Below are positions 17,250-26,516 of a stretch of 62,756 nt of DNA, piece after piece (within the stretch, counting starts at the first letter, position 1; every line of letters begins with the position of its first letter). A program made the translations under genes and the position numbers. The notes beneath the pieces were generated by a model. It saw only the letters and a list, made by a program, of their open reading frames with translations, had not been told where the DNA came from and did not search any database. Origin of the DNA: a virus (taxonomy: Duplodnaviria > Caudoviricetes); the IMG/VR virus record IMGVR_UViG_3300036793_000052, positions 1-62,756 of that record. One strand, written 5' to 3'.

Positions 17250-17597
17250 TTAGTCTGGCCATGCTCCTATCCACGAATTCCGTTGCGCATCATAATGTTT
17301 GATGACATACACAAACCTTTGGCTGCCATCTTCAATGGTGATCGTCCAGCCCATCCAGCAAGCGCCCCGGTGGCTGTGGTCATTGCAGAATGTCAGCTCA
17401 TCCGGCGGGCGCAGCTCGGTGAGATGTTGGCTCGGCCAATAGTTTTCACCTTCTAGCGCGCATTCCAGCACGAAGTCAGAGAACTGCACCACCGGGTCAG
17501 CACGCTTAATGACGCTCAGCCAGCCGGTCGAATCACCTTGTGTGATAACAACATCACCGGGCCTGGTCAGATCAACACTCATATCTCGTAACTCCAC
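17250..17597 (-). CDS. hypothetical protein
   Basis: ORF in operon. Confidence 0.6.
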   Translation of the reverse strand: MELRDMSVDLTRPGDVVITQGDSTGWLSVIKRADPVVQFSDFVLECALEGENYWPSQHLTELRPPDELTFCNDHSHRGACWMGWTITIEDGSQRFVYVIKHYDAQRNSWIGAWPD

Positions 17598-17815
17598 TTG
17601 AACATCTTGAAACCGTTGTTCGGGTTGTACCCCCAGAACCGATACACGTCGCGGCGCAACGGTTCAACGCTCAACGGCTTGGCCTCTTCTGTGAAATACC
17701 GTTGCGGTTCAATAGGTTTCGGTATATGGATTTCATGCGAGTCGGCCTGCATTGTGTACCGTTGGCCGTCGTGCGGCCCACCGTACAACTCGATTCGCTC
17801 CACTTCGGTGCCCAT
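17579..17815 (-). CDS. hypothetical protein
   Basis: LYGGPHDG motif common in small phage proteins. Confidence 0.6.
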   Translation of the reverse strand: MGTEVERIELYGGPHDGQRYTMQADSHEIHIPKPIEPQRYFTEEAKPLSVEPLRRDVYRFWGYNPNNGFKMFKWSYEI

Positions 17816-17816
17816 G

Positions 17817-18713
17817 TCAGACGACGATCGGTGTCGGTGCCGGGTCACGCTTCAACACGGCCACCGTGACGTGCGGATAGATCACACCATCGGCGAAGCG
17901 CAGCAACACCTCCTGCGTATACATAATCAAGTCCTGCGCCGGAACTAACCCCCACCAGGCCGGGTCCACTTTCATCACATAGAACGTTGACCGTTGCCGA
18001 ATGCATTCGGCGTTGGCCAGCGTGAACGCCGAATTGGTCACGCCGCCACCAGGTAACGCCGCAGTGCCCTGAGTATCGGTTTCGATGATGGTTGTTGAGA
18101 CGACTGTGTGTTTCGTTAATTCGTTGCGCAGCAGACTATTTGGGTCGGCTAGAACGGCTGCCGGGAATTTAGCCGCGTCAGCTGTCGACGCCGCCGGTGC
18201 CGGGTGCAGGATCGTGCCCAGCGCATCACTAGTGAACGGCTGGATACCGTTCGGCACCTGTGCGTCTGCGGTGTTCATCGGCGGAATCACCGGTGCCCCT
18301 TGAATATTCGTGATGTAGCCTTGCGCGTTGAACGCCACACCATGCGGAAGCGAGCCCAACCTTTGCACCGTAGCCGCCTCGGCTGGAACAGTAGAGGCCG
18401 GGTTGAGTAGGAACATGCCCGCTTCCTGATGCAGTACCCCGGCACCTGATGTCAGGTTGGTTGCGGTTTCGGGCACGTCGTCGTCGGCGACGTACTGGTC
18501 GTAGATGATTGGGAATATTGTGATGTCTTCGGCTGTGCCCCGGTTGACGGGTACGCCGATAAGTCCTTGTTGGGTAAGGAATTTGAACTCTTCCCTAATG
18601 CGATGGATTTTGAGTACCGGCCCGGTCGGTGTCGGTATGTAAATGGTGTTGATGCCTGAGCTGGTGTTGATTCCGCCGAAGGTGCCGGTGAAAGCACTGA
18701 GTGCGTTAGTCAT
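17817..18713 (-). CDS. heme-binding protein, FMP-type peroxidase-like
   Basis: G.NTI..P, NRG...DI, LHQEAGMFL, RLGSLPHG..NAQG, YTQEVLLRF..YPHVTVAVL. Confidence 0.65.
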   Translation of the reverse strand: MTNALSAFTGTFGGINTSSGINTIYIPTPTGPVLKIHRIREEFKFLTQQGLIGVPVNRGTAEDITIFPIIYDQYVADDDVPETATNLTSGAGVLHQEAGMFLLNPASTVPAEAATVQRLGSLPHGVAFNAQGYITNIQGAPVIPPMNTADAQVPNGIQPFTSDALGTILHPAPAASTADAAKFPAAVLADPNSLLRNELTKHTVVSTTIIETDTQGTAALPGGGVTNSAFTLANAECIRQRSTFYVMKVDPAWWGLVPAQDLIMYTQEVLLRFADGVIYPHVTVAVLKRDPAPTPIVV

Positions 18714-19525
18714 GCTGTGGTCGCTTTCGTTCGTTCAATCGGTCCGGCACCAGGACAGGCACACGGGTCACTGCTTTGCGAAACAACGAAATACGGGCAA
18801 TACGAACACATCGCCGCCGTGCGGGGGAAAAATTGCCACCGTTCGGGGTGGTTTTCGACGTCTAGCTCTTGCGCTAAAATCATCACGTTATCAATGTGGG
18901 CGAGCGTTGCATCCACGATGGCCTGGTCGTAATCCTCTTGCCACAGAAGGGATGTGGCGAGCTGCCCGCCGCGCGGCAAAAACCATATGCCAACCTTGTT
19001 GACCGGCAAGCCAAGCCGCTTGTACCCGGCACCGTAGAGGTGGGCTTGTACCCGGTAGGTTCTGGATGGTCCGTTTTTGCGGTATTCGGTCATGGATGTG
19101 GTGCCGGGGAATTTGTAGTCGATCACCGTTGCGGTTTCGATGTCGTACAAATCGCAAGTGCCACTTAAATCTTCGCGGATGGTGACGCGCTGCTCAGGTA
19201 TCCACCGGATCGGCTCGCCGCGCGCTGTTCGCTGCGCATTGTCGTAGCGGGCTGCGTCTTCCATTTTGGCGTGCGCCGCAACCCCGATGTAGGACGGCAG
19301 TGGATCATACTGCGGGTTGATGCGCGGCATACCAAGCAATCCTTGCGCCAGCTTGCGCGAGCAGGGGTGCCCGACTTCGCTTGGGCCCAACTGTATTTGA
19401 AGATGGCGGGGATGGCTTGATGCGTGCTGCCGGAGCATCGCTTTGAGGTCTTGCAGTAACGGTGTCGGGTCGTCCATGCGTGGCGCTAGGAACGATTCGG
19501 ATGCGTTACCCATATCAACCCACAA
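18710..19525 (-). CDS. Cas4-family / RecB-like PD-(D/E)XK exonuclease
   Basis: PSEVGHPCSRK, GTCD..IDYK, Q..LYG, CSYCPY..C. Confidence 0.85.
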   Translation of the reverse strand: MWVDMGNASESFLAPRMDDPTPLLQDLKAMLRQHASSHPRHLQIQLGPSEVGHPCSRKLAQGLLGMPRINPQYDPLPSYIGVAAHAKMEDAARYDNAQRTARGEPIRWIPEQRVTIREDLSGTCDLYDIETATVIDYKFPGTTSMTEYRKNGPSRTYRVQAHLYGAGYKRLGLPVNKVGIWFLPRGGQLATSLLWQEDYDQAIVDATLAHIDNVMILAQELDVENHPERWQFFPRTAAMCSYCPYFVVSQSSDPCACPGAGPIERTKATTA

Positions 19526-19671
19526 TCCTGATCGCTGCGTTGAAGCTGCGGATGATTTGTTCCATTATCAAATCGGTTGCGCGCCATTGATTTCCGTGGC
19601 CATCGTCGCGGTACCAGTAGCCGCCGCTACGGAAGAATGTTGGCCCCCGTTGCCGGGCGTGGTGTCGTGCG

Positions 19672-19968
19672 TTACCGGACTGTTCGCGCTCCAGCCCGCT
19701 GCCGTGCTTTGGCTGCTGCCATGATTTCATGGGCTGTCAATGCTCCTTCTTTGTTGCTGCAGTAGTGGCAGTGTACTCGGATGTTTGCGCGGCGGTAAGT
19801 GCCGCCTTTGTGCGCCGGGGTGATGCGGTCGACCACGATGGTGGTGTAGTCGACTTCGGCTCCGCATTCCCAGCACGGCGCTTTGATGCCGTCGCCGAAC
19901 TTGTTGAGCAGGAACAGTTTCCGTGCACGGCGGGCGTAACTGCTGCCGCGAGCATTCCCATTAGGCAT
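19672..19968 (-). CDS. HNH endonuclease-like protein
   Basis: CWECG..VDRI.P..GGTY...NI...CHYCSN. Confidence 0.8.
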   Translation of the reverse strand: MPNGNARGSSYARRARKLFLLNKFGDGIKAPCWECGAEVDYTTIVVDRITPAHKGGTYRRANIRVHCHYCSNKEGALTAHEIMAAAKARQRAGARTVR

Positions 19969-20045
19969 CCCAATCCCCTTCGTCCACAACAGGATCATGC
20001 GACGGGCCACCGTTGAATTCGGGGTGCATCGCCCGGCGCTTATCT

Positions 20046-20237
20046 CTAGTCGTCATCATTTGTTACTTCGATGTCCATGGTTTTGATGTCTTCGATAGTT
20101 ATTGCGCCGCTTGCTATTTGCTCTTCCAGGAACTCGCGCGCCTGCATCACACAATGCGTGCAGTGCATATGTTCGAAAGCGCGCAACTCGAACTCGTCTA
20201 GCGGGTCCATCAGCATTCCTGCCGTGAATACCAGCAC
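20046..20237 (-). CDS. hypothetical protein
   Basis: ORF in operon. Confidence 0.5.
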   Translation of the reverse strand: MLVFTAGMLMDPLDEFELRAFEHMHCTHCVMQAREFLEEQIASGAITIEDIKTMDIEVTNDDD

Positions 20238-20410
20238 CGATACCAGGTGTTCGGATCGTCACGACTGTACCCCGGCGGCAAATACTGCTGCACCCCTGCG
20301 CACCGGTCGTCGGTCGCGTGGCTAGGCTGGTAGCACATCAGTGGTGGGCGCTCGGGCGACGGCTGGAGTAGGTAGACGGCTGTGATCACCGTTGCGAGTA
20401 GGGTATTCAC
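20210..20410 (-). CDS. small secreted-type protein
   Basis: Hydrophobic N-terminus, four Cys. Confidence 0.5.
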   Translation of the reverse strand: MNTLLATVITAVYLLQPSPERPPLMCYQPSHATDDRCAGVQQYLPPGYSRDDPNTWYRCWYSRQEC

Positions 20411-20778
20411 GTCAGGTATTCTCCTTGCGTGGGTAGTGATTCGATAGCCCGCTCGTTGCGCTTGTATGCAGCGGCAGCCATTGCGGCCATGTTTCCGGTA
20501 TACATTGCGCGGCTGGTGAATTCAGATCCGCGTCGCCGGTCGACCAGGGTCAACACGATTTGCCGCCACGGTCGAACAAGTTCATGTTCGGTCGGCATGT
20601 TCCAGATCGTGCCCGGTGCCGCCGTGAAGGCGTCGGCGTAGCTCATGTTGGCTACTGACGTATCATTAAGCGGCCCATCATATATCGGCTGGCAGGGCTT
20701 ACCTCCACTATTGAAATGCAAACCGGGAGATGATGGTTCACCGCAGTAACAGTGCTCAAGGTCGCCAATGGCCATCAC
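20407..20778 (-). CDS. hypothetical protein
   Basis: Coupled overlaps. Confidence 0.6.
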   Translation of the reverse strand: MMAIGDLEHCYCGEPSSPGLHFNSGGKPCQPIYDGPLNDTSVANMSYADAFTAAPGTIWNMPTEHELVRPWRQIVLTLVDRRRGSEFTSRAMYTGNMAAMAAAAYKRNERAIESLPTQGEYLT

Positions 20779-21221
20779 TTCACCTCAGCCCATTCAATAT
20801 CTTTGATCCACGATGGCGGCAGGTCGCCGGGTTCACCGCCGAAATCAAACAACACCACAACATTATCCGGCCATTTGCGTATCTCAACGCGAATGATTCG
20901 TGTTGTGCGCCAATCCAATTCAGCAAGCACCTTATACACCGGCAACGTCCGGCCGTCGTGGCGTTCAGTTCCCGCAAAGTTGACTGCGCAAGGGATACGC
21001 AAACCATTCTCGGTGATGGCTGTAACGCCTTGCGGCACACCGATATCGTGGCGGCGTTTGCGCCGGTTGATTTCAACATCGCTAACCCTCGGGCCATGCT
21101 TGAGAATATCACCGAGATCCATTGTGTAAGCTCCGTTCTCGCCGCAGTCGGCGTGCCCGGCGAAGCTCGTTTTTGCGGAACGCTTCGCCGACCACATCAT
21201 CCTTGTTTCGTTTGCGTGCAC
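20775..21221 (-). CDS. hypothetical protein
   Basis: ORF; start may be ~21122. Confidence 0.55.
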   Translation of the reverse strand: MHANETRMMWSAKRSAKTSFAGHADCGENGAYTMDLGDILKHGPRVSDVEINRRKRRHDIGVPQGVTAITENGLRIPCAVNFAGTERHDGRTLPVYKVLAELDWRTTRIIRVEIRKWPDNVVVLFDFGGEPGDLPPSWIKDIEWAEVK

Positions 21222-21420
21222 GTTCGCCGCTGCCGCCGCAGCGCGGGTCGCCTGGCCCGGTCAGCCGAGCTGATCCGTAACTGTCGGTGTTGACAACGCG
21301 GCGCACCGGGGGCGGCACGAGATGCAGCGGTAGGGTGTTGTTGTTGGTGGGGAACAGGATTCGCCTGCACCTTGGGCACCTAGCCGGAATGTTCATGGAC
21401 ACATCCCTCACGCAATTCAT
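21109..21420 (-). CDS. hypothetical Cys-containing protein
   Basis: RCPRC..H..CGGSG. Confidence 0.5.
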   Translation of the reverse strand: MNCVRDVSMNIPARCPRCRRILFPTNNNTLPLHLVPPPVRRVVNTDSYGSARLTGPGDPRCGGSGERARKRNKDDVVGEAFRKNELRRARRLRRERSLHNGSR

Positions 21421-21503
21421 TGTAGTAATCCATTATTCCGGCCCATCCGAGCATCGCGTCCTCGGCGGCTTCTTCCGCCAGCACTAGGCAATCTAAGCAG
21501 TAG

Positions 21504-21797
21504 TCAGGTTCCATGACGTTCCAGCTCTTTGATGTCGCGCCACAGCTGGTCGGTCGTGTATCCTTTGACACCGTACTTGCGCAGGTACAAACCTGTTGCG
21601 TCAGTTATGTTTTCAAGGCACGCGCAGCTGTCGGTGTCGGGGTCGCATTCCCCGCACGGCAGCGGGGGGTCCAGTAAGTCCCCCCAACGACCCCTGCCGT
21701 CAGTCGGCGCGGGTGGTTGCGGTCCTTTGATGACGCCGCGTGTGAAGCCGATGGCGAATCCGATGACGTAGCCGACGGCGCGCGTTAGCCGGTTCAT
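21504..21797 (-). CDS. hypothetical membrane-anchored protein
   Basis: ATGA overlap. Confidence 0.55.
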   Translation of the reverse strand: MNRLTRAVGYVIGFAIGFTRGVIKGPQPPAPTDGRGRWGDLLDPPLPCGECDPDTDSCACLENITDATGLYLRKYGVKGYTTDQLWRDIKELERHGT

Positions 21798-21988
21798 GCT
21801 GTGTCCTTTAGTGTTTCGTTCAATAGTTCGTTGCCGTGGCGTTCGATTGCGCGGCGCTGGTCGACTGTCAGCTTGGCTGTTTCAATGATGACCAGGTGGC
21901 GTAGTAGGCATTCGATGCGGTGCATTGTGGCTGCCGTGTCGTCCAGCTTTCTAGTTAGCTCAGCTGGAATCGGTAGGTCAAGCTTCAC
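21794..21988 (-). CDS. hypothetical protein
   Basis: ORF in operon. Confidence 0.55.
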   Translation of the reverse strand: MKLDLPIPAELTRKLDDTAATMHRIECLLRHLVIIETAKLTVDQRRAIERHGNELLNETLKDTA

Positions 21989-22256
21989 TCCTGTTGCCCC
22001 CCTTCGTAATTGATATGAATGTGTAGATGGTTAGGTCGCGTAGCCAATGCCTTGGTGAGCCCAGCTCTTCGACCAGTCCGGCGTATATCGGTGAGGTCAG
22101 GCATGTTTCGGCGTGTATGCACATTGGTGGGCAATCGCAAAAGTTGTGTGACGATGGTAGGTTCCAGTAGTCGGTAGTCAAGGCTTCAGGGTGCGGTTTT
22201 GGTTCGCCCTTGATCCATCGCTTAGCGCGTGCGCTGCTCATCGGTCCTTCTCCCAT
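21978..22256 (-). CDS. hypothetical protein
   Basis: ORF in operon. Confidence 0.55.
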   Translation of the reverse strand: MGEGPMSSARAKRWIKGEPKPHPEALTTDYWNLPSSHNFCDCPPMCIHAETCLTSPIYAGLVEELGSPRHWLRDLTIYTFISITKGGNRSEA

Positions 22257-22549
22257 GGGTGTTGCCGCCGCACAATATCTTTCACCGGACCCTCATAGCT
22301 TGATCCGAACGCCGCCACCCTTGCGGTGCACAACGCTTCCACGTCACTGTCGGGGTCGGGGTCCGACACTGGGACGATGACCTTTTCGCCGCGCCGCAAA
22401 GGTCGGCTGCCCGTCCAACGATACGTGTACAAGGTGTGCGAGTTACCGAGGGTTACTCGTACGAGATGAGTCACGTTGTCCCCTAACACTTTTTCCCTGA
22501 AATATTCGGCTTCATCTACCACGACGTGCATGGCTTCGTGGCCCTTCAT
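22238..22549 (-). CDS. hypothetical protein
   Basis: YTY...L..G.KVIVP...YEGPVKDI; GGAGG RBS. Confidence 0.65.
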   Translation of the reverse strand: MKGHEAMHVVVDEAEYFREKVLGDNVTHLVRVTLGNSHTLYTYRWTGSRPLRRGEKVIVPVSDPDPDSDVEALCTARVAAFGSSYEGPVKDIVRRQHPWEKDR

Positions 22550-22703
22550 CCGCCGACCTCCTTGGTAGCAACAAGATGAGAGTTGATACCCGAAGGCCAG
22601 ACCTGCTGGTCGGGATCACCGTCACTTATGCGGTCGACTTCTTCAAGGAATTCGCTTAGTTCACGCCTTGATGCAGGCACACGTATTTCAACCTTGCGGG
22701 TAA

Positions 22704-23117
22704 TCATCTTTCGTTAACTCCTTGTCCACCAACAGCTTTCGCTGCCAGCTCGTCTATCGGGAACAGCGGCACACTGCTGGACCGTTTATCTTGCGCCGCC
22801 GACAGCGCATCACTAATCATCGCGAACAACAGCTTGTGTGCATGTTGCGCTTGCCGCTCAGTCATCGCGTTGTAGTTAAGTGACGCAATGATTTTCACTT
22901 GGTAGCCGTGCTCAGTCACGGCGGCTTTCAGGTCCGCGCTCGCCGGGTCGCCCGCACTGTAGGCGAGATCGTTCGCGCCAACCTTCTTGCGCCTGATCGG
23001 CCTCATTTGCCAATACACCTCGCCGTCGTATTGTATGCTTTGATGGCTTCTGCCCCGGTGTCGAAGTAGACCAGCGCCACATATCCGACGCGAACATGGT
23101 ACCGTGAGATGATCCAC
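22704..23117 (-). CDS. hypothetical protein
   Basis: ORF; start uncertain. Confidence 0.5.
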   Translation of the reverse strand: MDHLTVPCSRRICGAGLLRHRGRSHQSIQYDGEVYWQMRPIRRKKVGANDLAYSAGDPASADLKAAVTEHGYQVKIIASLNYNAMTERQAQHAHKLLFAMISDALSAAQDKRSSSVPLFPIDELAAKAVGGQGVNER

Positions 23118-23249
23118 TTAGTTCCGTTGCGCTGCTTACGAATACGCCATCTCGACGAGATCATCGCTTGCGCCACCATTCGACAGCCGCAACGACCGCC
23201 AGTGCGGCCAGTACCGCGATCACTGCACTGTGCCCACTGAAAGCCATGG

Positions 23250-23522
23250 CTACTTCACCTCGAATCGGCGTTCGGCCTTAGCCTCGGTGTACTCCGCGAC
23301 CACTTCGGGCCGCTCAGCTTTCAACGCCTTCTGATTCAACCGGCTGGTTTTGCCGTGCTTCCAGGTCACAACCAGTTCGCCGTCCAACTCTCCGGCCTCG
23401 TTGTCTCCCAACGCTTCTTCCACGGCGGCGCGGCTGGCCTCGGCCATCTCCTTCATCTCAGCTGTCACCTTTTTGGCGATCTGTAACCGGCGTACATGCT
23501 CTTCAACATGCTTAAGATCCAT
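23250..23522 (-). CDS. coiled-coil protein resembling C-terminus of YqaJ-type recombinases
   Basis: VTWK...RLNQKALKAERPEV...Y......RRF. Confidence 0.6.
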   Translation of the reverse strand: MDLKHVEEHVRRLQIAKKVTAEMKEMAEASRAAVEEALGDNEAGELDGELVVTWKHGKTSRLNQKALKAERPEVVAEYTEAKAERRFEVK

Positions 23523-23886
23523 CGGTCAGCCTCCTGATTTTTTTGTCAATGATGGTGTCTAAATAGGACATTCGAATGAACCTGCCGAACCCTCTGATGG
23601 TTTGAGCTTTGTCATGCATATCGCGTTTTAAGTCGGTAAGGAACTCAACGACGGGTTGCCTTCCCATGTCGAGCGCCTTTTCCCACCGACCGAGCGTTAC
23701 TTTGTATCGTGCTTCTTCCAAAAGCCAACGCTCACAATCCAAGTGCTGGTCAAGATCAGCAATACTGTCTCCGGTAAAAAAGCTGTCGCGTCGAGCGCGC
23801 CTGCGGACATCTTCGGTTTTGCGTATCGACTCGTCCAATGCGGCGCAACGATATTCCCAATGCGCCAACTCAGTAACATCCATCAC
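23512..23886 (-). CDS. hypothetical protein
   Basis: GGAGG RBS. Confidence 0.6.
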   Translation of the reverse strand: MMDVTELAHWEYRCAALDESIRKTEDVRRRARRDSFFTGDSIADLDQHLDCERWLLEEARYKVTLGRWEKALDMGRQPVVEFLTDLKRDMHDKAQTIRGFGRFIRMSYLDTIIDKKIRRLTDGS

Positions 23887-24293
23887 GCCACCTCCGATGA
23901 CGGGCTACCAAGGTCGCGCTGCGTCTGCTCAACCAACGGAATCCACTGTGGACACAACGTCTTCAACGCATCCCCGGCAATAGCACCAGCCACTTGTGGG
24001 CTCGTAGTCTGCAGCACCAGTTCGGCGGTTGCATTCCACACACCCTGTTCTGTCGGGTCACCGGCGATGCTGACACAGAAGTCGACCTCTTGGGAGTCAA
24101 TGTCGGCGTGGGCCACCGGAATAGTCAGCAACGACCCGATGACCACGCCGACTAGTACGCCGAGAATGATGACAGCCCAACGGATTTGGTGAACAAGTTT
24201 GACCAGTTCCGGCAGGCCATCCACCTGACCTTGTTTGATGCGAACTTCCATTAGGCCGTCTCGGTAACGTACGGGGATCATCATGTTGCGCAT
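23883..24293 (-). CDS. membrane or secreted DUF732-like protein
   Basis: TM then AHAD..C...AGAI...A...LCP. Confidence 0.6.
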   Translation of the reverse strand: MRNMMIPVRYRDGLMEVRIKQGQVDGLPELVKLVHQIRWAVIILGVLVGVVIGSLLTIPVAHADIDSQEVDFCVSIAGDPTEQGVWNATAELVLQTTSPQVAGAIAGDALKTLCPQWIPLVEQTQRDLGSPSSEVA

Positions 24294-24580
24294 TCCTTTC
24301 GTTCACGGCTGAAGTAGCCACGTTTGGTGTCGTACTCGTGAGCTGTGCAGGCGCACACCGAATACGTTGCTGCCACTTCGTCTTCCGGTTCGACGTCCAT
24401 GTCCCGGTGGCGTTGCACTGTGCGGTCGCTGAGGCCGAGCCGGTCCGCTATCTCGCCGACTGACCAGCCGCGCGCGATCAGAATGTGCACGGCACCGATG
24501 TAGTCCTCTCGTGTCGCGCCGGGTACCCGGTAGCGTTGTATCAGGGCGTCCGCGATGAGCGGATCATACGTTGCGCTCAT
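24281..24580 (-). CDS. HTH DNA-binding protein
   Basis: GWSVGEIADRLGLSDRTVQRHR. Confidence 0.8.
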   Translation of the reverse strand: MSATYDPLIADALIQRYRVPGATREDYIGAVHILIARGWSVGEIADRLGLSDRTVQRHRDMDVEPEDEVAATYSVCACTAHEYDTKRGYFSRERKECAT

Positions 24581-24782
24581 CGGTCTCATTCCCTTTAGCC
24601 GAAGTTGATGATTTGAATGCTTCAATGGCGTGGTCGATCCATGCGTTATATGTTCCAATTGGCATGCCGCACAAGCAGAATCCCGTCAGGTACTCGGGGA
24701 AGTGTTGCTTGAGTATTTCCTTGGCCTGATCGGTGTCGATCATCGTCGGCTGCACTTCATCGTATTCGTCGCTCATGCCCAA
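24564..24782 (-). CDS. small Cys/His protein
   Basis: QHFP..CLCG..W..H. Confidence 0.6.
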   Translation of the reverse strand: MGMSDEYDEVQPTMIDTDQAKEILKQHFPEYLTGFCLCGMPIGTYNAWIDHAIEAFKSSTSAKGNETDERNV

Positions 24783-24945
24783 AAGCTCCTATCCGGTTGT
24801 GACTCTTGATCTTCGGAGCCATGTTCGGCGCAGCGCCACTCGAAATAGGCGATGTGTCCGCTGAACGACTCCACCGTATTCAGCTGGTGCCAAAGCATAT
24901 TCGTGCCGCACCAGCACTGCGGCGGAACGTGCGGGGGGAACGATG

Positions 24946-25278
24946 TTATTGCTGCGGGCACAGTACCGCCTCCCACACCATCGCCGGACGGCCACTGTTG
25001 GTCACAACATAACGGGTTGTCCAGCGCACAAACCCCGCATAGTACAGCTCGGAGCGCCGGGTGCGGATACCTGAATCTGATTGCGGCACAACAACACCGG
25101 CGTCCGCTTCGGCCCGGTATAGGCGTTGCAGAATGAAGTCCGGCATCGGCCCATACTTGAGCATGGTCTGCCACACATCATTCTGCTTAGCTTTCAACAC
25201 GGCCGGGTTCAACGACTCAGCCGCAACATGGCTGGTGAGCGGGTCGGTGTTACGTGCCCTAGCCATCGTCATCTCCAA
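24946..25278 (-). CDS. winged-HTH DNA-binding protein
   Basis: ARNTDPLTSH.AA...SGIRTRRSEL...SGR.A.VW. Confidence 0.7.
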   Translation of the reverse strand: MEMTMARARNTDPLTSHVAAESLNPAVLKAKQNDVWQTMLKYGPMPDFILQRLYRAEADAGVVVPQSDSGIRTRRSELYYAGFVRWTTRYVVTNSGRPAMVWEAVLCPQQ

Positions 25279-25313
25279 TATTGTTGAGTCGCAGCAGGAA
25301 CGGTCGTAGTGAG

Positions 25314-25673
25314 TCAGTGTCGTTTTCGTCTCGGTTTTCGCGGTGAACGGCTTGAATCACGAACATCCGCACCTTGCTCGGCAGGTCGCGCAACAGTGAT
25401 CCCATCAGTGAATATCCTTCTACTCGGGTTGAGGTGCGCTTCAACGAATTTCGCGCGTTCCCGGTTACTCATCTGCTTGGAACGCACAAGCATCATTTCC
25501 GGTTTCCAGTCCGCTGGCGGTATCGGCACAAACGTTATTGCGGTGCAGCCGGTTCCGGCATCGTACTCGGCTGACACTGGCCGGTAGAATCCGCCGTCTA
25601 TGTCCGGTCCGACATATTCGGTTGGGTCGTAGTCTGTGCAGTCACCTCGGTAATGCAACTTCATTACATCCAC
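25314..25673 (-). CDS. hypothetical protein
   Basis: ORF in operon. Confidence 0.6.
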   Translation of the reverse strand: MDVMKLHYRGDCTDYDPTEYVGPDIDGGFYRPVSAEYDAGTGCTAITFVPIPPADWKPEMMLVRSKQMSNRERAKFVEAHLNPSRRIFTDGITVARPAEQGADVRDSSRSPRKPRRKRH

Positions 25674-25945
25674 TTCTTTACGTCGGGGGGAAGCTCAAAA
25701 GCGATCACGACACCTTCGGGTGTCAGCTCTTTAAGCATGCCGATCATCTCCAGGTACATCATCACACTGAAAGGCGGTACGTTGAAAGGAAATTCGCGGC
25801 CCTCCTTGTGGCAGTCGCGGATAGTGTCAGCAATCCATTTGCAGGCTTCCAACGCCATCACCGGTCGCCGCGCAATATAGTCAGGGAAAGCAACCCTTGT
25901 GCCCATCCCTTCGACTAGCATGGCGCGGTCGCTAACGTAAACCAC
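25664..25945 (-). CDS. hypothetical protein
   Basis: ORF in operon. Confidence 0.55.
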   Translation of the reverse strand: MVYVSDRAMLVEGMGTRVAFPDYIARRPVMALEACKWIADTIRDCHKEGREFPFNVPPFSVMMYLEMIGMLKELTPEGVVIAFELPPDVKKWM

Positions 25946-25994
25946 ACCACGAATGCAGCGTAAGTGAACAGCAGGGCATAGAACACTCGTAAGC

Positions 25995-26231
25995 TCATGG
26001 CTTCCACAACCTTTCGAGCGGGCACCCGAGAACGCTCGCGATAGCCTCCAGTTCGGCCACCGTGAACGGGATACGCCCGGTCATGCGCCGCCACAGGCGC
26101 GGCTTGGTGTAGCCGAGCTGACGTGCCAGCTCAGCTTGCGACAGCCGCCGCCGAGCTAACTCAGCGCGTACCGCGTCAGCTATGCGCCGGTTATTTGCGT
26201 GTGAAATCGCCGACGTCTCAAGGGCTTTCAT
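25995..26231 (-). CDS. XRE/Cro-like (BetR-type) HTH protein
   Basis: VRAELARRRLSQAELARQLG......RRMTG.IPFTVAEL. Confidence 0.8.
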   Translation of the reverse strand: MKALETSAISHANNRRIADAVRAELARRRLSQAELARQLGYTKPRLWRRMTGRIPFTVAELEAIASVLGCPLERLWKP

Positions 26232-26327
26232 CGTCGCCGCCTTCTTTAATGGGCAGGCCGAGCGCGTACGGCGGCGCAAGTAGTTGCCCAATGATTTGGT
26301 TGGTGATCGCGCCGATTAGTTGTCCGA

Positions 26328-26516
26328 TCATTTAACTGTCACCTCCTGTACGTGCTCCGGCGGGTAGGTCTCTTCAGTGCCGTCGATATAGATGACGTCG
26401 ATAACCCCGCTGTGCGCGACGATGACGCTTTGAACGCCGCGCACCTTGCCGTCTTTGCACCGGAAGTTGTCGCCTTCCACGGGAAAAGCTGTGACGGTCA
26501 CCCCTGGTGCGGTCAT
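26328..26516 (-). CDS. hypothetical protein
   Basis: ATGA overlap. Confidence 0.55.
   Translation of the reverse strand: MTAPGVTVTAFPVEGDNFRCKDGKVRGVQSVIVAHSGVIDVIYIDGTEETYPPEHVQEVTVK

Noticed and set aside
18710-19525. Cas4 as part of a CRISPR-Cas system
   Set aside because: Solo Cas4-like exonucleases are common phage genes; no cas1/cas2 or array
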